A stretch of 57,312 nt of DNA, counting the filler, from Sphacelaria rigidula (lineage: Eukaryota): the NCBI GenBank assembly GCA_964200075.2. It is 5 parts of 5 records of this genome, joined end to end, with 100 filler letters (N's around TTAATTAATTAA, not from the genome) between each part and the next. Parts side by side here need not be neighbours in the genome. Positions count along the whole stretch, not along the records: positions 1 to 11,383 come from CAXNAA020004990.1; 4 more parts are not named here. One strand, given 5' to 3'. Shown here piece after piece: positions 1 to 11,483 of the stretch (its first letter is position 1; every line of letters starts with the position of its first letter). Made by a program: the position numbers and the translations under genes. The notes under the pieces were generated by a model. It searched no databases, was not told where the DNA came from, and saw nothing but the letters and a program-made list of their open reading frames with translations.

Positions 1-256
1 GGGGGAACGAGAGTGGGGGAAAGGGGGGGGGGTGGAGGGGATGGGGAGGGGAGGGGGTAGTGGCTGTAAGCGGAGGTGGAATGCAACAACGTTTTTGGCG
101 TCATTTCGTTGTGATGTCTGATATCTGTACATTCGAGTTCTGAACTCTGCTTGTATAAGTTACAGCCGTCACGAAGAATCGCGGGTGCGGCAGGACGATT
201 TTCAACTAACCATTGACCGGGGGTAGGGTAGCGACCACGCATGTGGAGGAACAATC

Positions 257-461
257 CAAGGGTAGGTCGAGTAGAGTATACTCAATTGCGGGGTATTTCG
301 AAAGACGTATTTGGGGTACTCAAACTAGGGTAGCGTGTTTTTAGTAGTACCCAAAACATAACTGGAAAGCGATTCCTAAAACCCTTCCCCCGATTTGTGT
401 ACTTCAAGTACAACTTTCAAAATACCCCGCAATTGAGTATACTCTACTCGACCTGCCCTTG
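257..461. mobile_element. hAT-type MITE, 205 bp
   Basis: ~48-bp TIRs (CAAGGGTAGGTCGAGTAGAGTATACTCAATTGCGGGGTATTT... and its reverse complement ending CCCTTG at 461). Perfect 8-bp TSD GAACAATC at 249-256 and 462-469. An 8-bp TSD is typical of hAT elements. Confidence 0.85.
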
Positions 462-741
462 GAACAATCGTACATGTGGATCGAAAGCTCTGATATTATC
501 ACATCTTAACTGAATATCGTTATCCCCCTTGCCTTCAAGATGAGTACTTCAAGCACATGACATTCCCAAGCATGTACAAGACGACGGAGACACAATAACG
601 TTCGCCGATTCGTTAACACGACTGCTCGAAACTCGCCCGTCGAATCAGCACCACGGCAACACAAAAGTGGGTTGTTGCTAACTCGTAAAAAGAAAACATA
701 CGTACGCATTCCTGGAAATGAACATGCAGCGTCACACGCAC

Positions 742-1125
742 CTTGATATCCCTGTGAACGATTCCCCTCCGGTGCAGCGCCCGCAGCCCGCATAGAACCT
801 GTCGGAATAGCCCCACGGCTTGCGCTTGGCCAACACCGCCGTGGTTGATCATGAGGGCATGCGCATCTCCACCGTCCGCCCAGTCGAAGACCAAAGCCGT
901 GGCGCCGAACACGGGAGGGCAACACGGTTGTCCTTGGTGAATACCATCATCCAGGATCGGGGCGCTGACGAGTACGTCACGAAGCCTGATGAGGTGGCGC
1001 AAGTCGCTGTCGTCATGGCAAGACGAGAGGAGGCCATGGTGAACCCGCAGGCACGTGGCTAGCTCGGTCTTGATGCGGGCCGAAGCAATTTCGTCGCTAT
1101 TTTTGTGGAAAAACTTGATGGCAAC
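742..1125 (-). CDS. Ser/Thr protein kinase, internal exon (subdomains II-VIb)
   Basis: Acceptor CAG at 1128-1126 and donor GT at 741-740; 384 nt open frame. Reads VAIKFFHK...ELATCL...ALVFDWADGGD...GLFRQVLCGLRALHRRGIVHRDIK, with the VAIK lysine and HRD catalytic loop intact. Downstream exons were not identified. Confidence 0.9.
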
Positions 1126-1692
1126 CTGCCGTGTGCAGGGAAGAGCAGTTGATCGGCGATCGAGAGTCGAAACAGTAGGCGCACGGGCTTATTGGAGGAA
1201 TCGTTCGAGTTGACGTCGTGGTTCTTCACTATGTGGCTTTCTCATTTATAGTTGGAACAACGCGGGGGAAGATATATTTTGCCCGGGCACATTTGAAACG
1301 AAGACAGCACGAAATGGAAACGAGGAAATGGTTTTGTAATATTGGAACTGGTGCCCAACTTAGGGGGGGAATTATACGATACATCTACAGCGGGATGAGG
1401 GAAGCTGCGTCGAGATGTGAGATCAAATATTTAGATAGATTCGTTGAAAAATTGCTCTAACCTGCCCCTGCTGGATACAACACGCCGACATAGCGTAAAC
1501 GTGATGAAAATCCGCACGGAGTCTCGCTGGTGTACCGTCGGTAGAATTTAAGTCGGCAACCATGTACCAACCGGCATCCTGAAGGATCCTAATTTGACCC
1601 AGCACCCAGTATATCGCGCTGTGTTGTGGTCCATTTTGTAAATCAGCATATTTCATCCATAATTCATTGACCGAAAGGAGGAGATGTTAATA

Positions 1693-2163
1693 TTATAGCA
1701 CACAGATTTTTGGCCCATGGATTGTTCACACTCTTGGGACGTTTGATCCATTTTCTGACCCCCAAACAGGGAAGATCGCCAACACACGTCTCGGACACTT
1801 TGCATCACCCCAAAGAGAGGAGCCTAGCCTACTTTTCAGATTCGCTTGGCTCCGAGGTTTCGAGATTGGCCGCTGAACAATAATTCGTATGCAATAATAT
1901 GTGCTTGCCGACCCCCGCCAGTTTGCGCAACAATCTGTGGAGATCGCCGTAGATTGTATTGCACCCGGGGTATTGTTCAGCGGCCACTCTCGAAAACTTG
2001 GAGCCAAGCGAATCTGAAAAGTGGGCTAGACTCCTTCCTCTCTGTGGGGTGATGTAAACTGTCCAAGACATGTGCTGGCGGTTTTCCCTGTTTGGGGGTT
2101 AAAAAGTGGGTCAAACGTCTCAAAAGTGAACAATCCATGGGCCAAAAAATCTGTGTGCCATAA
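1693..2163. mobile_element. Foldback/MITE with ~190-bp imperfect inverted arms, inside the kinase intron
   Basis: GCACACAGATTTTTGGCCCATGGATTGTTCAC at 1698 mirrors GTGAACAATCCATGGGCCAAAAAATCTGTGTGC ending 2158. The arms align inward to ~1883/~1970. TSD is ambiguous. Confidence 0.75.
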
Positions 2164-2580
2164 CGTCCGGCCTAATAGACCGAGAGTAGACCGCGAGGAC
2201 GGTAGTCTATATGGACCATGCAGACTTTTTCAAGTGAAACTGATGCCAATTCAACTGATGACCTACGTTCCCCGTCTAAGGGGAAATCTAAACATGGTTG
2301 AGGACGGTGCAGCACCTGGTGTTGGCGCCGGGCTCACTCGTTCAATAGCTATAGACCCAATATTCGCTTCCTGAACAGCCACTCCCGAGACAGTTGCATA
2401 ACAAAAGCGTAAACGCCAGACGATGCATGTTGCCACTTTGGCCACGTGGGGGTAATCGTCTGTGGAATTGGCATCATTTCGTTTGAAATCACTCGAAGAT
2501 CCAGTTTACCCACCGTGGCGGCAAGGGGCTGGAACAGCATCGCAAGCACTATTCACTTGAATATGGGTACTTGGTCTCAC

Positions 2581-2911
2581 CTTCGTTCCCTCGAGCAAAT
2601 CGACGCCCTCGTAAATGAAGCCCATCCCGCCTTGCGCCTGGCCGCGGGGGTTGGCGAAACAACGGTATCGCTCGGAGATACGGAAATTCACACCTTGTAA
2701 TGTATCGGCATCAACCATATCGGCCCCATCGCACGCCGCCTGAATCAATTGGTACCTCAAGCCTAAATCCGTGTTGGTGAGCAAGACCACCTTCACGTTG
2801 CCGTTGTCGTCGACGACCGAGACTTGGGGCGGTTGAAATCGGGTGATATCTTGGTCCAGTTCAAGTTGCTGCTGCAACGCCGCCAGCTTCTCGTTCAAGC
2901 AATGTCTTGAC
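2581..2911 (-). CDS. Same kinase, exon ending in the Gly-rich loop (subdomain I)
   Basis: Ends QAQGGMGFIYEGVDLLEGTK at a GTGAG donor (2580), in phase 0 with VAIK of the next exon. CAG acceptor at 2914-2912. Confidence 0.8.
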
Positions 2912-3134
2912 CTGGATTATGTACAGGGATATTTCAGGGATATGGGTGAGAAAGGTCAATCAACCCCGCTAAGGAAAATGCCCCATCTGAAGGAGAATGT
3001 GCCACACAAGGTCAACGAGGTTATACAAAGGCTCGTCGGTTGGCGGGGTTGCGGTCGTGAACGGCGGCAGCAATTATACAGGCAGGTGTACCAGCAGTAG
3101 CCAAAACGAAAGCTAAAGGGGAGTGAGGCGATGG

Positions 3135-3215
3135 TGTTCATTGGAGGAACTTCATCATTAGACCACTCAGTCAGCGCTGACTGAGTGGTCTCATGGTGAG
3201 GTATTTCCAATGAAC
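3135..3215. repeat. ~80-bp palindrome centred on GTCAGCGCTGAC, with tRNA A-box-like arms
   Basis: Perfect 32-bp palindrome AGACCACTCAGTCAGCGCTGACTGAGTGGTCT (3160-3191), extending imperfectly to TGTTCATTGG...CCAATGAAC. Confidence 0.8.
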
Positions 3216-3332
3216 CGGCGCGATACGAGGCCCTGTGCTATCATGTGATGTATCTATCTCATTAACTTGCTTCTCGCCGAAACATACAACACTGGAGTAT
3301 ATACACCGTTATAATGGTCGACATAATCATAC

Positions 3333-3409
3333 CTGCCAGGACCGTCGCCGCTGTCATGCAGTCCAAAAGCAGCTCCAGTGTGCCACAGTACCATTTTAAA
3401 AATATGCCT
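3333..3409 (-). CDS. Candidate upstream exon of the contig-1 kinase
   Basis: GTATG donor at 3332 in phase 2, matching the phase-2 acceptor at 2912. Reads RHIFKMVLWHTGAAFGLHDSGDGPG. No homology support. Confidence 0.35.
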
Positions 3410-4416
3410 CTTGTGTAGTGAGCGATGTCGCGTGTCGAAGAAGGGCAGCTAGTGTAATGTCTGTGGCAGGGGTGGGAGGGGGGGAACGACAAAACCAATG
3501 TAAGCCCGGATTTATGCGGCTGTGTTATCTGTGGTCTGTGCCGTGGCGTCTTGTGCGTTTGTGGCGCCGGACCGAAACGGTTACGCCGCCGCTACTGAAC
3601 ATGAACGTTTATCTTTTCTGTATTCGAATTGATTCCCGACGCCAGAAGGCAACAGGTACATCGACGACTATGGTTGCATGCGTACGACCGCTCGAAGAAT
3701 CTGCAGAGCTAGCTGCACTCATGTAATACTACTGCTTGAACGCTTCCCGTTGGTCAAGCACCGTACTGGTGGTATACAGTCATTTGGTCAACTGACACCA
3801 ACAGAAGCGGCGCCTACGGCATATACTTCGAAGTATATATATATATATATATATCTATGTCCGTGAACGACCAATCATGATACCTGTGCGCGGCAACCAA
3901 TCGGATGACCGTGGTGTTGTGAGATCCTGCCAAGGGTGCCGCACGTTGCCTTGTGGGTAGTATGTTGCGTGTGATGCGTTTATTGGTGCGAGGGCTAAAA
4001 CAAGAAGAGAAACTGAACGTTGCGTGCACCAAGGACAAGATGACACGAAGGAGCGAGGGCGAAAGTCGATTGGACGCGGGGACCCGCCGAAGCCCAGGCG
4101 TACGATATCTCACAGACCCAGATCGCAAAATTTCGGTGGACGGTTCATCAATTGAGAACAAAAACATTTTTCTTCTTCCTACCACCGGCATATTTATCCC
4201 GCGGTCATTATCGTCTTCTCCAAATTTTGAATTTTCCAAATTGATGATCATCCGTCTCGGGTACGAACGTACGTACGTTTGACTTCGGAGCAAATCGGTG
4301 CGTCTGTGTCGATGTTGTAATAATGTATAGGTAATGTCTCTCAAATATACCGGGAACCTCTTATGCAGAGGTATCTCAAACATGGTTGCCGGTTTCCTGC
4401 TTTGTTTTCTTACATT

Positions 4417-4510
4417 TTTTCAAGTGAAAGTGATGGTGATTCATCAGATGATGAGACCCTTTCACGGCGGTCAGGTCCTCCTATGAATCGCCATCACTTT
4501 CACTTGAAAA
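4417..4510. repeat. Hairpin of a dispersed repeat motif
   Basis: 28-bp arms TTTTCAAGTGAAAGTGATGG(T/C)GATTCAT with 1 mismatch. Related motifs occur near 2227, 6665, 7543, 7819 and 54615. Confidence 0.65.
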
Positions 4511-5747
4511 AGTATAACAAAACCCAGAGCAAGCGAAAAAAACAGAAAGCCGGGAACCGAGTTTGAGATATCTCTATTATGTACTCGCGTATTGTGCCCT
4601 GATCTTGATGTATTCGGTCGCTCTTGCAGTAGAACGATGTCAAACTCTTCCTGGTCGAAGGATTAAGGGGATGACATACAGTACTATATGCCAGCCTGAG
4701 CGTCTCATAAGAATGATACAGCCCCCATTGCATCATCAGTCGATTGGTGAGTACTGAATGAAGAGCTATACTTATTATACTCCTGCAGATAGACACTGTC
4801 GCAAGTATTTCCTGCACACATAGGTGATGCTGGTACAACACTGAACAAGTGCAAGCGCCACCGCCATGCAACAATAACGACCTGCCGACCTGATATTTAT
4901 GCTATACTACTAAACGTCGTCCTTATCATACACCGCTGACTTGCTTGTGTGTGCTTCTGTACTCTAACCTAATGCTCTACAACTACAGTCTGTATAGTGG
5001 TGTATAATGTGCAGCAGGTGACTGGACGGTGATGGCCGTAATAAATTGAGACAATCTGAGGATAAGTACCACATTCACGCTGAAGCGTGAGGTGGATACT
5101 TCATAGTGGGCGATTAGCTTGACGGCAGCGCCACATATATGTATATGTGATAAATGTAGTGCTCGTACCTTCGCGTCTACCGAAAATACTGTTCTACTTC
5201 TTCTGTCGTCTGTACTCTCGGTAAGGTATTGTGCTACTTGTGTCTCGCTGTCGACCCAGCTCTCGAGCAGGAATATACAAAATATACCGAAACTATTTGA
5301 AATTCAAAAAGTGAAATTCGAAAAATGGTGTGTGGGTACCCTTGCGCCTGCTCCGCTACTTATCTTAAAGCCAGAGCGGGTAGATGTTTTCATTGATGCC
5401 AAGTTATCATGTGCCCGAGGAGAAGATATGTATGGAGGCATTGTTATTGAGAGTAAGAGTGCACGCAAATGAAGACCTGAGTCCAATTTTCTCAATGGAT
5501 ATGATGCAGATTCAACGAGTGCGAGGCTGGCAATAGAGAAGGGAAATCAGACAGGGATGGCCGGTACCCCCTCTACATGGGACCTCCTACGGGCAATGAC
5601 AGAGGCAGTTTGTGTGGCGCTTTTACAGCAGCTGCATGATCCTGGGGGAACGAGGGTGGCGCAACCCCTCCTGATTTACTCGCGTAGAGCGTAGCTGGCG
5701 ACAAAGCCACCAACGAATCGCACCAATCAAGCAACATGGACGGGGCC

Positions 5748-6103
5748 TACTCGTCAGAACGAACTGCACCACTGAGCCTTTCAGTCAGCGCTGACTAAGT
5801 GGCTCAGTCGTGGAGTTCGTTCTGACGAACAAATAAGTGTTTTTGAGTTCGTATATCTCGGCGCCTTCTCCGGGATGGCCCTCGCCAACCGTGCAGAAGT
5901 GACAGGGTAGGCGTGGACGTTCTGACATATTTCCACAACTGTGGGAAAGAAGAAGTGACTGCACCGAGAATCGAACTCACTCGCACTTCTTTTGTTCGTC
6001 AGAACGAACTCCACCACTGAGCCACTTGCAATCGACGCTGACTGAGTGACTCAGTGATAGAGTGGTGGAGGTGGCTCAGTGGTGAAGCTCGTTCTGACGA
6101 ACA
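5748..6103. mobile_element. Non-autonomous TIR element with tRNA-like hairpin termini (family A)
   Basis: 5-bp TSD GGGCC at 5743-5747 and 6104-6108. The right end is ...GTTCTGACGAACA; the left end TACTCGTCAGAAC is a degenerate TGTTCGTCAGAAC. Each end is a palindrome, followed inward by A box (TGGCTCAGTGGTGG) and B box (GAGTTCGATTCTC) sequence. Confidence 0.7.
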
Positions 6104-6911
6104 GGGCCCTGATGGTCCATCATTCCGTAACGCTGCTGGTCGACATAACCCACAAAACGAGACGATACAGCATGGTGACTACCGAAGGATTTCCCCAACA
6201 ATCCCCCGGCCACATCCGCTGCGATCGCCTCGATTTTTCTGCTTGCCGTATGGCCGTATTCATATCGGCTCGTGGATAGGGCATCAATCAGATAACAGCC
6301 CCTACGGTCAAGAATTGGTGGATTTGAGGGGGTGGTATCAAGGGAATGTCGTGCACACCCTACGTGTAAGGTAATTATCCAGCGGGCGTATGTCGACATT
6401 CTACAACAAAGGGTATGGCAAGCTAGCATGTCATACCCCTTGTTCTACACTTGTTCTACAAGTGGTGTGGAATTCAGCGATTGACCGAATTGTTTCAAAG
6501 TAATTAGGATTGACCGTATCTAAGCCAAGTAAATGGTTGCCCTAAAATAGACTAATCGAGCTTGTGCCGAAATATACCTCACCTGACACCAGTAGTAATT
6601 GTCCTTGGTACTTTACACTCAAGTAATTGTCGTTGAGCCTTTGACAGCGAGGGTAGGTCGCCTGCTGAATCAGCATCATCAACATTCGCTTGGAAAAAGT
6701 GTTCGTGATCCAGATGGACTACCCGCACCGCGTTCAAAGGGTTATATGGGTTCAAGAGTTTAGGCTGACCGCACCACATCCAAGTGGTTTTGAGTGGCTT
6801 CGCTTCACCCAAGTAACTAAATAGCCCATACTAAAGAGTCAAGTTTAGCTGCTGGTTTCCTGACTTCCGCCTGGTTCAGGGTGAACGACCGGAATTCACT
6901 CCCCGCAGCGT

Positions 6912-7395
6912 TTGCTCACGCGCCGTTTTTTGGAGTTTTAGACCCTGCAATTTTGCATACGGGTGCTCTAAGATATTTGGAAGGGCTGTATGACTGACCC
7001 CCCCTCCTGGGATGCCGGGTATCTGGTGAAAGCGAAAAAAATCGAAAGACTCATTCATACTGTCCCCCCCTCCTGGGACCGTCTCGAAAGGGATGCATGG
7101 TCAATGGTCAAATGACTAAGGCAAGCAACAAATGAGTACGCCCCCTCCTGGGACCCCAGATATCTGGCGAAAACGAAAAAAAGTCCAGAGGCTCCAGTCA
7201 TACAGCCCTTCAAAATATCTCAGAGGACCCGTATATTATACAATTTTTAAGGGGAGACCCCCCCTCGTGGAACCCCGGATATCTGGCGAAAAGGAACAAA
7301 GGTCGAAAGACCCCAGTCGTACAGCCCTTCCAAATATCTCACAGCACCCGTATGCAAAACTTCAGGGTATGAACTCCAGAAAGCGGCGTGAGCAA
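6912..7395. mobile_element. Foldback/MITE with ~85-bp inverted arms and internal CCCCCTCCTGGGA repeats
   Basis: 6912-6996 mirrors 7314-7395. The internal segment 7079-7152 recurs almost identically, inverted, at ~57217-57290 in contig 5. Confidence 0.65.
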
Positions 7396-8600
7396 TTATT
7401 GTTATTGGCCGTTTGCGCGTTGAAGCATACGGAAGATCTACACTGAACCCCCCTAATTACTTGATTATAGTACACTACCAACATTTTCCTTGTGCGCTTG
7501 AGCTCAACCCATAGACCGCGAGAGGCACGTCATCTATCTGCTGAATCGGCATTAATTTCACTTGAAAAAGGAATAATGCGTGATCCAAATGGACTACCCG
7601 CATCGCGGTCTAAGAGTTGACCCCTTTGAAACCGTGACGGAAAAGTGGCGATTTACAAACCCCCATATTTATTCGAGCTTTCGTCACCGGGAAAACGTCT
7701 CACTTCGAGTTCGGTGCACGAATCTGTCACATTACGGCAGTTTTTTTGGGATCGAATTCCCAGAAACATCTGGTTTGCACACAGGGGCCTTTCTGTGAAT
7801 GAACGTCATTTTCAGTCGTTTTCAAGTGAAAATGATGCCGGTTCACTGCAAGGCCCCTGCGTGCAAACCGCATGTTTCTGGGTGCCCGGTCCCCAAAAAG
7901 TTAGTATACTTGAACTTAGACTGTGGCACCATTTTTGTGGGCTGCACAACAGTACAGTCGTAGAAAACAACCGTATATCTTGCCCAAGAAAACGTCAACT
8001 AATTGTAAGTCGTCACTTTTCTATCAGCGATTCCAAAAGGGTTCAATCGATCGCTTGGGATCAGCTTTTGGAATTACGCGACGAAACTTGGTGCAAACGT
8101 TCCTTGGACTCCTTTGGGACGCGAATCAAATTCGATTTTTGATGGTGAAGCAATCTATACCGGCTTCTGCGGGTCTTCACGCTGGGACCCCCGGAAGCTG
8201 GTAGAGATCGGATAAACTTTGAAATATTCCTCGACGAGTTTTTGCTCCATTCGTAGCACCCATTATGGCATATCTACGAAACTGCCGAGTTTGAGGACAA
8301 TCGGCGCACTTCTACGAAAGTTACAAGGGAAAACGTGAGGACGCTTTCTGGGTCTTCGATGCATACCATCAATGGAAATCTGACGACACCAAAACCCCAC
8401 ATGACCGAAACACCACATTTTGGGGGATAATTCGATCCCATACAAACCGTTTTCGAATTCTTTTTTCTGCGTTAGGTTCCCTGTACCTGATAACGGTTAC
8501 TGCGAGGTTTGATTCGTGATGAGATTGGGTACAAATTGAGTCGGGAATTCGCATTTTTTAATTTCGGGGTCTTTGTACTCCTTTCTGCTGGTGTAGATCT

Positions 8601-8903
8601 AAAGCTTTGGTCGTATATCTATGGTTGACAACATGGCTACTTGATTTTAGAATCGAGAAAGTTCTGAAAAAAATCATGGCTTGGGACAGGTGAGCAGTGA
8701 TCCCAGCTCGTCCAGAACGTATATTTTGGTCGAAATCGGCGCCTGCGGCGTCGATTTGAGGTATGGAAACGCACACTTTGTCTCGGGGAACCTATGCACC
8801 CCCCTTGCCTGTCTCGTACGCCTTGGCTCGGGGCTAGGGTACGGGTTAGTGTTATTGTTAGTTTGTTCGAAAAAATCAACCATAGATATACGACCAAAAC
8901 TTT
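8601..8903. mobile_element. MITE with ~28-bp TIRs
   Basis: AAAGCTTTGGTCGTATATCTATGGTTGA ... TCAACCATAGATATACGACCAAAACTTT. Its internal core is homologous to 34860-35030. Confidence 0.65.
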
Positions 8904-9289
8904 CACACGCGGCCATTCTTCGGCAACCCCCATAAATATCCTCTGTCGCGATTTTCATCCTCTCGAGGGTAAAACACCCTCTGGAGGGTATAGTATCCCC
9001 AGGTGCGGTCATGAATGATTCCTCTGGAGGGCATCTGATGCTCCAGTGACTTCTGAGGTCTGAATCTCTCGAGAGTAACAAAAAGACCGTGCTCTGGAGG
9101 GCCGCACATCCTCCACATTCCTCCCGAGGGATGCACGGCCCTCCCGAGGCAAAACAAGCCTCTGAAGAAGGCGTTTGATCCCACCCCTCTGGAGGGCCGC
9201 GCACCCTCTGGAGGCGTTTAATTCCGCTGGAGGCTCGAAGAGTTGACCAGAATAGAGTATTTGGGGGGGTAGCCGAACGGCCGCGTATG
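8904..9289. mobile_element. CACTA/CMC-like MITE with internal CCCTCTGGAGGG-type repeats
   Basis: Ends CACACGCGGCC...GGCCGCGTATG. Many internal copies of the near-palindromic CCTCTGGAGG motif. A related copy lies at 10909-11292. Superfamily is inferred from the CAC terminus and subterminal repeats. Confidence 0.5.
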
Positions 9290-10908
9290 TTAGGTCACCT
9301 CCTTTCTACGATAGTCTCCTCCAAAACCACCCCCAAAACTGAAACACAGACAATTAATGGTCATAATGCGCCTGATGTTTGCTTTGAGGCTGCATGAAGC
9401 GCCTGATATGGGCGCTGCATTGGCGAAAACGAACCCAACCAAGCGTGGAAATACCCAGCTGCTCGCTGTGCTCGGCTTCTTTCATGTCGATTGATGCGTG
9501 TAGATTTTCCCTCCCCAAACCAGCCACTTTCTGGGGAGGGGCTATCGTAGAAATCCTCTTGAGAGCAATTCGAAGGCCGCTGATTGGCCGGGAAACACTT
9601 TCACCACGAGCACCAAGGCGAACGGCGCAAGAAAAAAAATGGCCATGTCACACTGTTCGCTTGCTCGTGGGGATCACTACGATACCGAATATGTTGCTAT
9701 CGGGTCAGTTTTGCGTTCTGTATCTAGTGGGGAAGAAATGTTGGGCATTCACGCTAAACCAGCCTGTACGGGTGCAGCGAGACGGCAATACTTGTGGGCA
9801 AATCAAGAGTACTTCGCCATAATATCCATGCAGCTTTGTAGCGAGAGTCTACAGTAGGGAACGGTACAATATCGCCGAACGCTTACAGCGGCACCTTTGT
9901 AAGCGAGAGAAGCACGGAGCGCACTTGTGCAGGCCGACCAGCTTCCGATGATCATGTATGTGGAATGCACCAAGTAACAGTGGATTATCGAAAATGGGGT
10001 TGAAAAAAAAATGAGGTTCAACCCCATTTTCGAGAATCCACTGTTTAAGTCGTGTTGGCAATAAGGCTTTGCCTGCTTGCTACCACCGGTTATTATTATT
10101 AATTATCTAGAAAAAAGGGAAGCAGAGGGTACACACTGGTACTTTTTGTCGATGTACACAACGAAGGAGTGCTGAGACATCACAAGTACTGTGCGCCTTG
10201 GAAAGTTTTCGTGCCGGAAAGTCGTAGGGGGGTTCCCTCACCGGCGGGTGGTGGGGTGCATGGTATCCGAGATTCCAGTCTACGACCGGGTCGGAAGGGA
10301 AACACACATGGCCGCTTGAAAAACTGTGATCGGTTGTTTCAAGAATAATCTCAGGTACCAGTCTCTGAACCGGGCACGAGTCTCACATGACCATCTCCGA
10401 ACCGGGAACAAGTGATGTGGCATGATCGTCCTTCAACCGAACGGTACAGCTGAAAATCTCGCATGACCATCTCTGAACAGAGCACACGTCTCACATGATC
10501 ATCCATCTTTGAACCGCGGTCCTAGATTATGTGCGCGTTAATTTAAATGCGTGAGGAAAATATACGTGTGATGCCGGCCATGTGAACACCCCTGTTGTTG
10601 ATTCCCGCCAAATCGCAATTATTATAACTTATTGTTCAGGAATCCATACTCACTCGGTCGGCTCCAAAACAACTGTGAGCATTGCATATTTGACCCCAAG
10701 AGCTTTTACATATTGTCTTGGCGCTGCTTTGACTATTATAAACCCTTACTTGGCTGGAAACAGCCGTGAAAAATCCTTACTTTAATCTGCTGTAAAAACG
10801 ATGGCGGCGGAAGAGGTGTTGTCATGCTCTTCTTGCAGGTCGTACGATCGTAGTGATAGCAGGAGGCGGAAAGGGGGCGGGGGGAGATGACTTGCGGGAG
10901 AAAAGTTA

Positions 10909-11292
10909 CACACGCAGCCATATCGATACCTCCCAAAATCCCTCCACACGAAAATTAATCGCTCCAGAGGGGTCAATTTTGTCCGTGGAGGCGTTTAATC
11001 GCTCTGGAGGGGGCGATTTTGACCCCTCCCTCTGGTCGATTTTGACCTCTCCAGAGGGATTAAACACCGCTGGAGAAATAGTGACCTCAGGGATTTCATT
11101 CTGTGTTGGATCCTCCAAAGTGCACATAATCCCTCCAGGGGGGATTCATCTTCCTCCTTCTAGAGTGACCTTGTGTGGGCTATTCCTTTGGCGACGTTTA
11201 ACCCCTGTGGAGGGGAGTAGTGGCTTTTTCATATCCGGAGCGGTAGTTTTTATGTGGAAGGATTTTTGGGGATAGATAAACGGCCTAGTCTG
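10909..11292. mobile_element. Second CACTA/CMC-like MITE, related to 8904-9289
   Basis: CACACGCAGCC...CCCAAAATCCCTCCAC at the left mirrors GTGGAAGGATTTTTGGG...GGCC at the right. Internal CTCCAGAGG/CTCTGGAGG repeats. Confidence 0.5.
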
Positions 11293-11383
11293 TATGTACC
11301 CCCCTGTCATTGTCATACTGTTACTGTTCACTGTTCATTCTTGGTGCCCTCCCCGGGGATGGTGACTTCATGCGTGAACTAAA

Positions 11384-11483
11384 NNNNNNNNNNNNNNNNN
11401 NNNNNNNNNNNNNNNNNNNNNNNNNNNTTAATTAATTAANNNNNNNNNNNNNNNNNNNNNNNNNNNNNNNNNNNNNNNNNNNN
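11384..11483. other. Artificial contig linker
   Basis: 44 N + TTAATTAATTAA (stops in all six frames) + 44 N. Confidence 0.98.

Noticed and set aside
1423-1656. 77-aa ORF as an extra kinase exon
   Set aside because: It lies between exons that join seamlessly (EGTK|VAIK) and has no kinase motif.
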